Part shown: in pieces, positions 45,114 to 53,948 of the stretch | Layout: every line of letters begins with the position of its first letter | How positions within the stretch are numbered: position 1 is the first letter of the stretch | Origin: a virus | Lineage: Duplodnaviria > Caudoviricetes | IMG/VR virus record: IMGVR_UViG_3300012665_000551 | Coordinates: 1-53,948 of that record | DNA: 53,948 bases | Strand: one strand, 5' to 3' | Translations under genes and position numbers: made by a program | Notes under the pieces: model-generated | What the model saw: the letters and a program-made list of their open reading frames with translations, nothing else | Databases searched by the model: none | Told to the model about the DNA's origin: nothing

Positions 45114-46283
45114 ATGGCAAATAAATTCACTCGATTTTTAAAACAAACCTTTACCGGAGCTACCAACCCCAAGGGAAATGTTGGTAACTATCAACATGCT
45201 ACTAGACTATATCTAGACAATAGTTATAGGCTGATGCCTCGAAGTAAATTTTTGTATTATGTAAGATTTGAATTACACAAGTCAGCATTACAATCACAAG
45301 CCTTTACAAACAAACATGCTGACGAAATCGGCTATCTTATTAAGACTGCAGATTTTCCCAAATTCAATATTGATTCAACTGTAAAAAATCAATACAATAG
45401 AAAAAAGATTATCTATAAACAAATTAATTATGAGCCTGTAAATTTAACATTTCATGACGATTCAGCAGGCATAGTAAATGCATTATGGGCACTGTACTAC
45501 GGTTATTATTTTGCAGATAGGGCGTTACCAGATGCAGCTTGGGGTGACACGCTGTACATGAAAACTAATGATCCCAGAACTAACTTTAGATACGGGTTAG
45601 ATAATAATAAAAAATCGTTTGATTTTATTAAATCAGTTTCACTGTATACACTAAGTCGTAGAAGGTTTAACGGATACACATTAGTTAATCCTAGAATTAA
45701 AAGTTGGACACACGCTGCCGGCGATTACAGCGCATCAGAATTTATGGACCATCAAATGAGTCTAGAATACGAAGCAGTCCAATATACTGCGGGCCAAGTA
45801 AAATATGGATCGCCTAAAGGATTTGCTAGCTTATACTATGACACAACTCCTAGCCCACTATCAGTAGCAGGCGGTGGCGTTGCAAATTTATTCGGTGACG
45901 GCGGAGTATTAGACGGTTTGGAAAGTGTTTTTGGCAATGTGGGAGATGGTACAGCCTTTGGATCCGTAGGAGGATTTTTAGGTACAGCAATTTCAGCAGC
46001 GAATACTTTTAAAAATTTAGGTAAAGTTAATATCGGCAGAGAAGTAGTTGGAATTTTAAGTAGTCCAGCAGGCATATTAGGTGCAGTAAACACAGTAGGT
46101 GGTCTTATAGGAGCAGCCGTTCCTAAAAATTCAAATTCATCTGATACTACTACCGCTTCTCCAAGATCGATGATTGCAGATAACGGTTCAGTAAATACAC
46201 AATCGTCTGTGCAGATATACAATCCAGGAAATTCAGTTACATCTATAGCAGATATACAAGCGGATACTGCACGTCAGGCATAA
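45114..46283 (+). CDS. Tail-tube-fold baseplate/tube junction protein (gp48/gp54-like)
   Basis: K.ADFPKF.I....NQYNRK......YEPVNLTFHDD...TLVNP.I.SW...MSLEYE, a tube-like pattern with a Gly-rich C-terminus. Confidence 0.6.
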   Translation: MANKFTRFLKQTFTGATNPKGNVGNYQHATRLYLDNSYRLMPRSKFLYYVRFELHKSALQSQAFTNKHADEIGYLIKTADFPKFNIDSTVKNQYNRKKIIYKQINYEPVNLTFHDDSAGIVNALWALYYGYYFADRALPDAAWGDTLYMKTNDPRTNFRYGLDNNKKSFDFIKSVSLYTLSRRRFNGYTLVNPRIKSWTHAAGDYSASEFMDHQMSLEYEAVQYTAGQVKYGSPKGFASLYYDTTPSPLSVAGGGVANLFGDGGVLDGLESVFGNVGDGTAFGSVGGFLGTAISAANTFKNLGKVNIGREVVGILSSPAGILGAVNTVGGLIGAAVPKNSNSSDTTTASPRSMIADNGSVNTQSSVQIYNPGNSVTSIADIQADTARQA

Positions 46284-46299
46284 CATTAGAGATCATACT

Positions 46300-46674
46300 A
46301 TGGCAGACTATTCAAACTTACCAGTTATACAAACAACAGATTCGGCAGATGCAACAAAAATATTTTTTGATCAGTACGGTATTCGACCGTTAGAATTCGC
46401 TGCCAACGAAGTTGATTCAGCCATTGCATTTTTTAAAGGAAAAGGATTTGGTGAAACAGCGGCAAGGACCACAGCGGTTACTATTTTAAAACAAGCTAAA
46501 TCTGAAAATTTATCAGTGTTTAGACTTTTAGATACCTTAGCAGGGTTAGATGCGTTAACTCTATCCTCTCTAGTCGCAGAAATTCTAAATAACAATCGAA
46601 AATCTATTTCAGTTCTTGGCTATCGAGTAACGAATGTTTACAAGAACGATGCTGTAAGAAACGTTGCACCATAA
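46300..46674 (+). CDS. Hypothetical protein
   Basis: 124 aa ORF, translationally coupled (TAATG) to the next gene. Confidence 0.7.
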   Translation: MADYSNLPVIQTTDSADATKIFFDQYGIRPLEFAANEVDSAIAFFKGKGFGETAARTTAVTILKQAKSENLSVFRLLDTLAGLDALTLSSLVAEILNNNRKSISVLGYRVTNVYKNDAVRNVAP

Positions 46675-47114
46675 TGGCAAAATTTGCTCAAGGAAAATTT
46701 GAATTAAAAAATCCTGAAAAGTATGTAGGGATTAAAACTCCGCTGGCTCGCAGCAGTTGGGAATTTGTTTTTATGCGAATGCTCGACGAACATCAGGGTG
46801 TAGAAAAATGGGCCAGCGAAAGTATACAAATACCTTATCGTTGTCCGTTAACAGGAAAATACACAGTATATGTGCCAGATTTTTTTATTGTGTACAATGA
46901 TAAAAATGGTGGAAAACATGCTGAAGTTGTAGAAGTAAAACCTGCAAATCAAACCATACGAGAAAATGTAGGCAAAAGTCGCTACAATCAAGAACAGTAT
47001 ATTAAGAATATGGCTAAATGGGAAGCTGCTACTGCTTGGTGTAAACAAAAACAAGTGAGATTTAGAGTGGTTAACGAGGGCGATATTTTTCATCAAGGTT
47101 CAAAAAAGCGATAA
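46674..47114 (+). CDS. gp4: Head completion protein, T4 gp4-like (TnsA-like nuclease fold)
   Basis: GKF..KNPEKY.G...RSSWE..FM..LD.....WASE...IPY.......YVPDF...VEVKP...N.AKWEAA. Confidence 0.85.
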   Translation: MAKFAQGKFELKNPEKYVGIKTPLARSSWEFVFMRMLDEHQGVEKWASESIQIPYRCPLTGKYTVYVPDFFIVYNDKNGGKHAEVVEVKPANQTIRENVGKSRYNQEQYIKNMAKWEAATAWCKQKQVRFRVVNEGDIFHQGSKKR

Positions 47115-47121
47115 GTAAAGT

Positions 47122-47610
47122 ATGACTAAAAAATTAGAAGAATTATTCAATTTAGAAGAAACACAAAAATCTGCTAAGGTAGTAACCGCTAAAGTAGAAG
47201 AAGTTCCTTCACATGAACAAGTTACTAGTTTAGAAAAAAGTTATCAAGAAGTAGCAAAAATTACAAAAACTCTCCCTGAGATTCAGGAACTAGATTCTTT
47301 AGATGACTCAGAATTAGATAATCTAGCATCTAAAGCAGAAGAAGCCTATGACAATTTAATGGATTTAGGCATGAATGTAGAAGTACGCTACGCCAGCAGA
47401 ATTTTTGAAGTAGCAAGTAGCATGATGAAAAATGCCATTGACGCTAAAACAGCAAAAATAGATAAGAAACTAAAGGCCATTGATATCCAAATGAAGAAGT
47501 ATAAAATTGACAAGGATAACAATGAGGACCCGAATGATGTGTTAAACGGTGTCGGTTATGTAATAACAGACCGCAACGAATTATTGAAAAAATTAGGGCA
47601 AAAGGACTAA
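47122..47610 (+). CDS. Putative terminase small subunit (gp16-like)
   Basis: Helical protein with RIFEVASSMMKNAIDA and C-terminal DRNELLK, loosely like gp16; lies upstream of the large terminase. Confidence 0.45.
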   Translation: MTKKLEELFNLEETQKSAKVVTAKVEEVPSHEQVTSLEKSYQEVAKITKTLPEIQELDSLDDSELDNLASKAEEAYDNLMDLGMNVEVRYASRIFEVASSMMKNAIDAKTAKIDKKLKAIDIQMKKYKIDKDNNEDPNDVLNGVGYVITDRNELLKKLGQKD

Positions 47611-47618
47611 ATATGATT

Positions 47619-48179
47619 ATGAAGTCATTTCGTGAATATCTAACAGAAAGCAAAAAAGTTTATACTTTTAAAATTAAGGTAGCCGGTGAGCTACCTGAAA
47701 AGTTTGTTGATAACTTGAAACAGCAGTTAGCAGATTGCAAGTGTGCAAGTATTGAAAAATCTAAATCAACTCCGATTCAGTCGAAGCCGATAGATTTTCC
47801 AAATTTAACAAACGCAGAAGTATCAATTTTTGAGATTATTTGTGAATACCCAATTGGTGTTCAAGAAGTTCTAGAAAAAGTAAAAAATACCGGTATCTCT
47901 GAAGCTAATATCATTGTTAGAACAGGGTCAGATCCGGGTGAAACAGAATTAATGACGTACGATCCTGAACCAAGTGGTGAAGCAGTACTAGCTGAGCCAG
48001 AGTATAAGGACACTAAAATCAAGCACAAGGATTACTTTGGTGACGATTTTAATAAAGGTTTCTTAAAAGATTTAGCAAAGACCGCTAAGGCTCAAAAGAA
48101 AGAAGATGGCCAAGGTGAATTTAAACTGCCTAAGGGCAAACAAGACAAAGCTGGTGCAAAAAGCGCCTTAGGGAGTTAA
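47619..48179 (+). CDS. Putative prohead-associated/internal protein
   Basis: N-terminus MKSFREYLTE resembles the T4 capsid-targeting sequence; alternative start at 47613. Confidence 0.55.
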   Translation: MKSFREYLTESKKVYTFKIKVAGELPEKFVDNLKQQLADCKCASIEKSKSTPIQSKPIDFPNLTNAEVSIFEIICEYPIGVQEVLEKVKNTGISEANIIVRTGSDPGETELMTYDPEPSGEAVLAEPEYKDTKIKHKDYFGDDFNKGFLKDLAKTAKAQKKEDGQGEFKLPKGKQDKAGAKSALGS

Positions 48180-48184
48180 TACAA

Positions 48185-49006
48185 ATGGATTTTAATAAAT
48201 TAATGCAAACAATGCGTGAACTGGATCGTCCAGTTGGCGAAGCAGCAGTACAAGAATGTGGCGACCCAATGATGGGCGGAATGGCACCTCCGATGGCACC
48301 TACTCCTCCACATAATCCTCCGACACTGACTGTTAATTTAAATGCTCAAGGCATGGACGACATTGAAAGTATCATGAAGTTAATGACTAAAGTTAACCCG
48401 GATATGATTAATCAACCAACTCCACTTGCTCAGCCACTTACACCACCGCCGATGACGGCTATTCCTAGTATTTCTAGTATTGGTGATTTAGGCAATTTAG
48501 ATAAAGGTCCGTTAAAAATGTTGCCAGACTTAGATTCTGATAACGATATGATGCCAGGCGGCGAAATGGACATGGATGCTGATTACAACGACGACGGTAA
48601 ACTAGACCGTCACGAAAAGGATCATGCATCTGAAAAAGGACTATTAAAATCTTTAGATCTTGATAAAGATGGCGATCATGACATGAAAGATCATGAAGCT
48701 GAAAAAGACAGCGAATCCGACGAAACTCCTGACTTTGAAAAAGGTGAAGAGGAAGAAGGTGATGAAGACGACGAAAAGAAAAAAGAAGCATTCGGTAATT
48801 CTGTCGCAGGTCACGGTGGCCCAGAGTATAAGGGAATGTCTGCGTCAACCCCAAGTGGCGATGATATGCACAAGCAAAAAGGCACATATCCTAAAGTAGC
48901 CGGCGGCGACAATCCTATGCAACGTGTTAAAGAAGGCGGCGATCTACGTGCTCAAATTCGCGCAGAATTGTTGCAACGATTATCAGAAGCTAAAGGAGCA
49001 AAATAA
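48185..49006 (+). CDS. Low-complexity acidic Pro/Met-rich protein, possibly scaffold or internal
   Basis: Pro/Met tracts, DYNDDG and DKDGDHD loops, Glu/Asp run. Confidence 0.6.
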   Translation: MDFNKLMQTMRELDRPVGEAAVQECGDPMMGGMAPPMAPTPPHNPPTLTVNLNAQGMDDIESIMKLMTKVNPDMINQPTPLAQPLTPPPMTAIPSISSIGDLGNLDKGPLKMLPDLDSDNDMMPGGEMDMDADYNDDGKLDRHEKDHASEKGLLKSLDLDKDGDHDMKDHEAEKDSESDETPDFEKGEEEEGDEDDEKKKEAFGNSVAGHGGPEYKGMSASTPSGDDMHKQKGTYPKVAGGDNPMQRVKEGGDLRAQIRAELLQRLSEAKGAK

Positions 49007-49359
49007 TGGCCGAATATGCAAGAGTAAATGGTTTAGCATGTACTGTAGGCACAGTATATTCTTTAAATGCAAAAGCATTCTTAGTTACAGTTAAAAACGC
49101 TGCTGCAAGTGCGAGAGATCTACGTGCAGAAGATGATGCTGTAGACGAAACAGTTGAAATGATTGTTAAAGAAATTAATCCTTTAATGTTTTTTGTAACT
49201 GATTCATCAGCTGGAACAATGCACATTATTACTGATGTAAGTCTTTCAGCAGCAGATATCCAATCTAGAATTAGAAACCTAGGTACAGCAGTTGGTCCTA
49301 ACGATGTTGATGTTACTGGAACTACTGTTGCGGCAGCAGCAAGTGTTACTGTTGCTTAA
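49006..49359 (+). CDS. Small putative structural protein
   Basis: 117 aa Ala/Val/Thr-rich, AAGGAG SD, followed by a terminator. Confidence 0.6.
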   Translation: MAEYARVNGLACTVGTVYSLNAKAFLVTVKNAAASARDLRAEDDAVDETVEMIVKEINPLMFFVTDSSAGTMHIITDVSLSAADIQSRIRNLGTAVGPNDVDVTGTTVAAAASVTVA

Positions 49360-49376
49360 TATAACAACATAAACCC

Positions 49377-49402
49377 AAATAGGCTCTCCGGAGCCTATTT
49401 TT
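49377..49402 (+). terminator. Rho-independent terminator
   Basis: AAATAGGCTC-TCCG-GAGCCTATTTTT. Confidence 0.8.
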
Positions 49403-49418
49403 ATGAGTAAATAACAGT

Positions 49419-51005
49419 ATGGCAAAATCACTTGACGGCAATTTAATTAAGAAGGCTCACGCTCCTCAACGATACACGTTAGAGGAAGTTAAGCATCTAG
49501 AAGCTTGTATGGATCCTATTGACGGCCCATTATACTTCTGTAAAAACTTCTTAAAAATACAACATCCAGTACGTGGTTCGATTCCGTTCGTTCCTTACGA
49601 ATATCAAGAACGATTGATTAGGTCGTATCATAACTATAAACAGTCTATTGGTATGTTACCTCGTCAGATGGGCAAAACAACTTGTGCAACAGGTTATCTT
49701 TTATGGTATACTATGTTTGTACCAGAAGCACAGGTGTTAATTGCTGCTCACAAATATGAAGGTGCGCAAGACATTATGAATCGTTACCGCTTTGGTTACG
49801 AAAACTTACCAGACTTTATTCGTGCTGGTGTTTACTCATATAACAGAAATACAATCGAATACGACAACGGCGCACGTATACAGGCAACAACTACCACAGA
49901 AAACACAGGACGTGGTAAATCTCTTTCATTAATCTATTGCGATGAGTTTGCATTCGTGCAACCACCGGAAAAAGCTAAAGAGTTCTGGACTGCGTTATCA
50001 CCAACGCTGTCAACTGGTGGTAAGTGTATTATTACATCAACCCCAAACAGTGACGAAGATCAGTTTGCATTGATTTGGACAGAAGCTAATAAAAAGTTTG
50101 ACGAATATGGTAATGAGCAGGAATTAGGGCTGAATGGATTTCACAGTTTTTTTGCACACTGGAACGAACATCCTGATCGTGATGAGAAGTGGGCAGAAGT
50201 AGAACGTAGCAAAATTGGAGCAGAACGATTTAGACGTGAATTTGATTGTGAATTCTTGATCTTTGATGAAACACTAATCAACGCTGTTAAACTTGCAGAT
50301 ATGAAAGGCGAAGAACCTATCATGACTATGGGTCAAACACGCTGGTATAAAGATATTAACCCTAATGCAACGTATCTAGTATCACTTGACCCTAGTCTAG
50401 GAACAGGTGGAGACTACGGTGCTATACAAGTTTTTGAAATGCCCTCAATGGATCAAGTAGCAGAGTGGCGGCACAATCTAACTCCTATACAAAGTCAAAT
50501 TAAACATTTAAGAGACATATGCAAATACATCCACGATCGAGGAGAAGAGCGTGGAGGCATACCTCAAATATACTATTCTACAGAGAATAATACAGTCGGT
50601 GAAGCAGCTCTTATATGTATTACTAATCTAGGAGAAGACAACATACCCGGATTGTTCTTAAGTGAACCTATACGTAAAGGTCATGTGCGTAAATTCCGTA
50701 AAGGCTTTAATACTACACACAAATCTAAAATTACCGGATGTAGTCAGCTTAAACACTTAATTGAAACTAAGCAAATGAGCATTAAGAGCAAGCCGTTGAT
50801 TTCAGAACTTAAGACGTTTGTAGCACACGGAGTTGGATATGGTGCTAAAACTGGAGAACATGACGATCTAGTGTCGTCGCTGTTATTGATCATTAGGATG
50901 GCAGGGATACTAGCAGATTGGGATCCTAAAATTTACGAGAAAATGACTGAAAAAATCACCGAAGATCAGATGCCCATGCCGATCTTTGTAAGTGGACTCA
51001 TTTGA
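49419..51005 (+). CDS. gp17: Terminase large subunit, T4 gp17-like
   Basis: YEYQ, Walker A PRQMGKTT, Walker B LIYCDEFAF, ITSTPN, nuclease acidic motifs LDPSLGTGGDY and HDDLV. Confidence 0.95.
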   Translation: MAKSLDGNLIKKAHAPQRYTLEEVKHLEACMDPIDGPLYFCKNFLKIQHPVRGSIPFVPYEYQERLIRSYHNYKQSIGMLPRQMGKTTCATGYLLWYTMFVPEAQVLIAAHKYEGAQDIMNRYRFGYENLPDFIRAGVYSYNRNTIEYDNGARIQATTTTENTGRGKSLSLIYCDEFAFVQPPEKAKEFWTALSPTLSTGGKCIITSTPNSDEDQFALIWTEANKKFDEYGNEQELGLNGFHSFFAHWNEHPDRDEKWAEVERSKIGAERFRREFDCEFLIFDETLINAVKLADMKGEEPIMTMGQTRWYKDINPNATYLVSLDPSLGTGGDYGAIQVFEMPSMDQVAEWRHNLTPIQSQIKHLRDICKYIHDRGEERGGIPQIYYSTENNTVGEAALICITNLGEDNIPGLFLSEPIRKGHVRKFRKGFNTTHKSKITGCSQLKHLIETKQMSIKSKPLISELKTFVAHGVGYGAKTGEHDDLVSSLLLIIRMAGILADWDPKIYEKMTEKITEDQMPMPIFVSGLI

Positions 51006-51015
51006 TAAATACACT

Positions 51016-52680
51016 ATGGATCCAAGAAACAACATCGCACAAGATTTATTCTTTAAAATACGCAGCCGCTTCACTGGCCTAAAGCTAGGTGACGAGGCAG
51101 GCGCAATTACCATTGACCCTGCGCAGGCAAGGTTCTTTGACTTCGACTATTCCGAAGGTGAAAATGCCATTGGTCACATCAGTGTAAGTTTAGCTGAAAT
51201 GAACTCGATGAAAGTGTATTATAGCACCGGCATTACAGAATCAATGGACGAAAAACAGCGTGCCGGATGGTACGGATTTTTAAAAGAATTACGTCAATTT
51301 GCAAAACGCAGATTAATGGCATTTGATACTAGAGATATTGCTAAAGATAATCTAGACAAACGAGATTACAAGTTTCTATCACAGAAACAAATTACTACAC
51401 CAGTCGGAGAAAGCATTATGGCAGAAAGCAGCATGTACGGTACTAGAAACGTAAGCTACCAAAAATTAGAAAATACCAGATTGATTATCAAACACAGTCA
51501 AGCATTGGCAGACGATATGGCTCCGGGTGCAAGAAGCAGAAACATTTCTGGCTTGTTTGTTGAAAATGCCGACGGTGAAAGATTTAAATATCCGTTTATT
51601 CACTTAGCAGGTGCTCGAGCCATGCAACGCCATGTTGCAAATGGCGGAGTTCCATATGACGATATCGGTAAGAGCATTGTTGGCATGAGCGAAGAAATTG
51701 CTCAATTAAAAAGTTTCAGCAATTATGTTGTTCGAAATGACTTAATGAATGATGATACGAACGGTATCGTTGAGCGCAGCGGCCTAGCATTAAATAGTCT
51801 TAGAGAACAGGTTGCAAAATTAGCAAAGCAAGCTCACTACGAGGCATATAAAGAATCATTCCAGGCACAAAGTCCAATGGAAGTACCTCAAGAAGTAGTA
51901 GAAGATTTCACTGAAAAATTTACAGTTAAAAACTTTAAAGAAGATATTAAATCTGTATTCCCGGTATTATACAGACTAATGCAAGAAGAAAATACAATAG
52001 GCTATGACGACATAGTCGCAATGACACAAGAATCAACTAACGATGCCGACGCTGAAATCGATGTTGAAGAATCAATGGATGAGTTTTCAACTTTTGAGTC
52101 ATGGGTGATGGGACTAGGTGAAGACAGTGCTATTACTAGTACAGATGAAGCAGAACAACAAACAGCAATACAAAATTTACAAGAATTAGTAAGCGAAACT
52201 TTCCCAGCAGGCGTAGACGGAACAAATGCTATCGAAGGCCTCAAAGGTATTATTGAAGATCCGCAATTATTTAAAGCTATTAAAGAACAAGCAAAGCAAG
52301 ATCCAGAGATGGACGTTCGTGGACTAGTGCATGAATGGTTAGAACAAAATGCATCTGCGGTCGTTAACGAAATTGATTTTGGCGACTACGAGCAGGCACC
52401 TGAAGAAGTTCCACAAGAATCAGAAGAACACAACGAAGAACAATCTAATAGAATGGATGTTAATGAACTTGCAGAATTTATTCACAGCTTCTATGATCGT
52501 AATTCAGGCACATTCCCTAAAGGTCCAGAAGGCGTTTGCACAATGGTAGGCAAAAAGTTTGGTGAACAGGCAGAACATGTTGCTCGTAAGATGGTAGAAA
52601 GAATGGCTCCACAACAACAAGCACCAGAGTTAGCAGAGAATCCAGAATTGGCTCGTATTAGACAACTTTCAGGCATGTAA
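51016..52680 (+). CDS. Large acidic hypothetical protein, possibly prohead core-associated (start reassigned to 51016)
   Basis: Globular N-terminal half, acidic C-terminal half, ends ELARIRQLSGM; TAAATA 4 nt before the ATG. Confidence 0.65.
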   Translation: MDPRNNIAQDLFFKIRSRFTGLKLGDEAGAITIDPAQARFFDFDYSEGENAIGHISVSLAEMNSMKVYYSTGITESMDEKQRAGWYGFLKELRQFAKRRLMAFDTRDIAKDNLDKRDYKFLSQKQITTPVGESIMAESSMYGTRNVSYQKLENTRLIIKHSQALADDMAPGARSRNISGLFVENADGERFKYPFIHLAGARAMQRHVANGGVPYDDIGKSIVGMSEEIAQLKSFSNYVVRNDLMNDDTNGIVERSGLALNSLREQVAKLAKQAHYEAYKESFQAQSPMEVPQEVVEDFTEKFTVKNFKEDIKSVFPVLYRLMQEENTIGYDDIVAMTQESTNDADAEIDVEESMDEFSTFESWVMGLGEDSAITSTDEAEQQTAIQNLQELVSETFPAGVDGTNAIEGLKGIIEDPQLFKAIKEQAKQDPEMDVRGLVHEWLEQNASAVVNEIDFGDYEQAPEEVPQESEEHNEEQSNRMDVNELAEFIHSFYDRNSGTFPKGPEGVCTMVGKKFGEQAEHVARKMVERMAPQQQAPELAENPELARIRQLSGM

Positions 52681-52695
52681 GAAGCAATGCTACAT

Positions 52696-52724
52696 AAAAG
52701 GACTCTTCGGAGTCCTTTTCTTTT
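52696..52724 (+). terminator. Rho-independent terminator with C(UUCG)G tetraloop
   Basis: AAAAGGACTC-TTCG-GAGTCCTTTTCTTTT; CUUCGG loops are typical of T4-like terminators. Confidence 0.88.
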
Positions 52725-52757
52725 GGCAAAATAAATCAAAAAAATCACAGATAATCA

Positions 52758-52786
52758 TTGACCTTGCTAAATAAAAAGCGCATAAT
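52758..52786 (+). promoter_or_regulatory. Sigma70-like promoter with an embedded late-like box
   Basis: TTGACC, 17 bp spacer, CATAAT; TAAATA at 52768-52773 inside the spacer. Confidence 0.6.
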
Positions 52787-52843
52787 AAAACATGTGCATA
52801 AGGCATATAAAACATTTTAGGCATAACATAGGAGGCATTTAAA

Positions 52844-53836
52844 ATGGCAACTCTCGCAGAAATCCGTGCTAAACTTCAAGAAGCACAATCAAAGTCCACA
52901 GGACAATCCACAGGCGGTGGAGACAACGCAATTTACCCACATTGGAACATGCAGGAAGGCAAAGAAGCTGTAGTACGTTTCTTACCAGATGGCAATCCTA
53001 ACAACACATTCTTCTGGGTAGAACGAGCAATGATCAAATTGCCGTTCGCAGGTATCAAAGGTGAAACAGACAGTCGTCCAGTTCAAGTGCAAGTTCCTTG
53101 CGTTGAAATGTACAACGACGGTACAGTTTGCCCAATCCTTTCAGAAGTACGTGGTTGGTTCAAGGATAAGAGTTTAGAAGAGATGGGTCGTAAGTACTGG
53201 AAAAAACGTTCGTACATTTTCCAAGGCTTTATCGTTGAAGATCCACTTAAAGAGGAAAAAACTCCAGAGAATCCAATCCGTAGATTTATTATTGGCCCTC
53301 AAATTTATCAAATTATCCGTTCAGCATTAATGGATCCAGAGTTGGAAGAATTGCCAACTGACTTCCTTAAGGGTGTTGACTTCCGTATTGCTAAAACAAG
53401 CAAAGGTGGTTTCGCTGACTACTCTACATCAAAGTGGAGCCGTCGTGAGCGTTCATTAACAGAAGTCGAAGCAGCAGCTATCGAATCTAATGAATTGTTT
53501 AACCTGTCAGACTTCCTACCTAAGAAACCAACTGATATTGAACTTAAGGTTATGAAGGAAATGTTTGAAGCATCCGTTGATGGCGAAGCATATGATATGG
53601 ATCGTTGGGGACAATACTTCAAACCAGCAGGTATGGGTTCAGCTACTGGTGATCCTAACAAGCCATACACTCCAAAATCTAGTGCGTCTACTAGTGCTCC
53701 TGCAGATGATGCAGATGACGACACTCCTGCGCCTACTGCAAGTCCTGCTCCAACAGCAGCGGCCGCAGCACCGGCAGCAGAAGGTGCAAGTCGTGCGCAA
53801 GACATTCTTGCCATGATTCGCAATCGTCAGAAGTAA
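52844..53836 (+). CDS. gp32: Single-stranded DNA-binding protein, T4 gp32-like
   Basis: AVVRFLPD, CPI, KYWKKRSY, IVEDP, GVDFRIAK...GFADYSTSKW, flexible acidic/Ala-rich tail; AGGAGG SD. Confidence 0.9.
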   Translation: MATLAEIRAKLQEAQSKSTGQSTGGGDNAIYPHWNMQEGKEAVVRFLPDGNPNNTFFWVERAMIKLPFAGIKGETDSRPVQVQVPCVEMYNDGTVCPILSEVRGWFKDKSLEEMGRKYWKKRSYIFQGFIVEDPLKEEKTPENPIRRFIIGPQIYQIIRSALMDPELEELPTDFLKGVDFRIAKTSKGGFADYSTSKWSRRERSLTEVEAAAIESNELFNLSDFLPKKPTDIELKVMKEMFEASVDGEAYDMDRWGQYFKPAGMGSATGDPNKPYTPKSSASTSAPADDADDDTPAPTASPAPTAAAAAPAAEGASRAQDILAMIRNRQK

Positions 53837-53847
53837 TTAGACTAAAC

Positions 53848-53877
53848 ATAGAGTGTGAGGCAACTCACACTCTATTT
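53848..53877 (+). terminator. Stable hairpin or terminator after gp32
   Basis: ATAGAGTGTGAG-GCAA-CTCACACTCTAT, 12 bp stem with GNRA loop and a short U tail. Confidence 0.65.
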
Positions 53878-53897
53878 CTCAACAGGGCAAAAATAAT

Positions 53898-53948
53898 ATG
53901 GCAAAAGCATTTGATATTTCTAAATTTAGAAAGTCAATTACTAAATCT
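53898..53948 (+). CDS. 5' end of a probable RecA/UvsX-like recombinase (truncated by the window)
   Basis: MAKAFDISKFRKSITKS follows gp32; only 17 codons are visible. Confidence 0.45.
   Translation, partial: MAKAFDISKFRKSITKS

Noticed and set aside
49419-51005. Intein or intron in the terminase
   Set aside because: The ORF is compact (528 aa) with contiguous ATPase and nuclease motifs and no splice-junction signatures.
1-53948. tRNA, rRNA, integrase or transposase
   Set aside because: Intergenic gaps are short, and no cloverleaf or recombinase/transposase motifs were recognised by eye.

Overview
This window is a gene-dense, AT-rich segment of a large T4-like (myovirus-type) bacteriophage genome. 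Bases 1-35.5 kb are a plus-strand virion fibre/appendage module. It holds three giant repeat proteins (1851, 2834, 1958 aa), paralogous small adapter proteins, three paralogous Cys-rich proteins, a chaperone-like gene, a GT9-like glycosyltransferase and a NodU/CmcH-family carbamoyltransferase. Bases 35.5-54 kb carry the T4-like morphogenesis core: gp15, gp14, gp13, dNMP kinase, tail sheath, tail tube, gp4-like head completion protein, terminase, prohead-associated proteins, gp32 SSB and the start of a probable UvsX. Main candidates for novelty: (1) the Cys-rich trio with its chaperone, glycosyltransferase and carbamoyltransferase, a possible virion-protein modification system; (2) about eight genes with ATG 4-5 nt after a T4-late-like TAAATA box, implying leaderless mRNAs; (3) RBS-occluding hairpins built around late promoters; (4) phycobiliprotein-like CxRD motifs in the fibres; (5) a 55-nt perfect repeat shared by two diverged fibre genes; (6) structured 5' leaders. 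All protein calls rest on motif recognition by eye, with no database searches.
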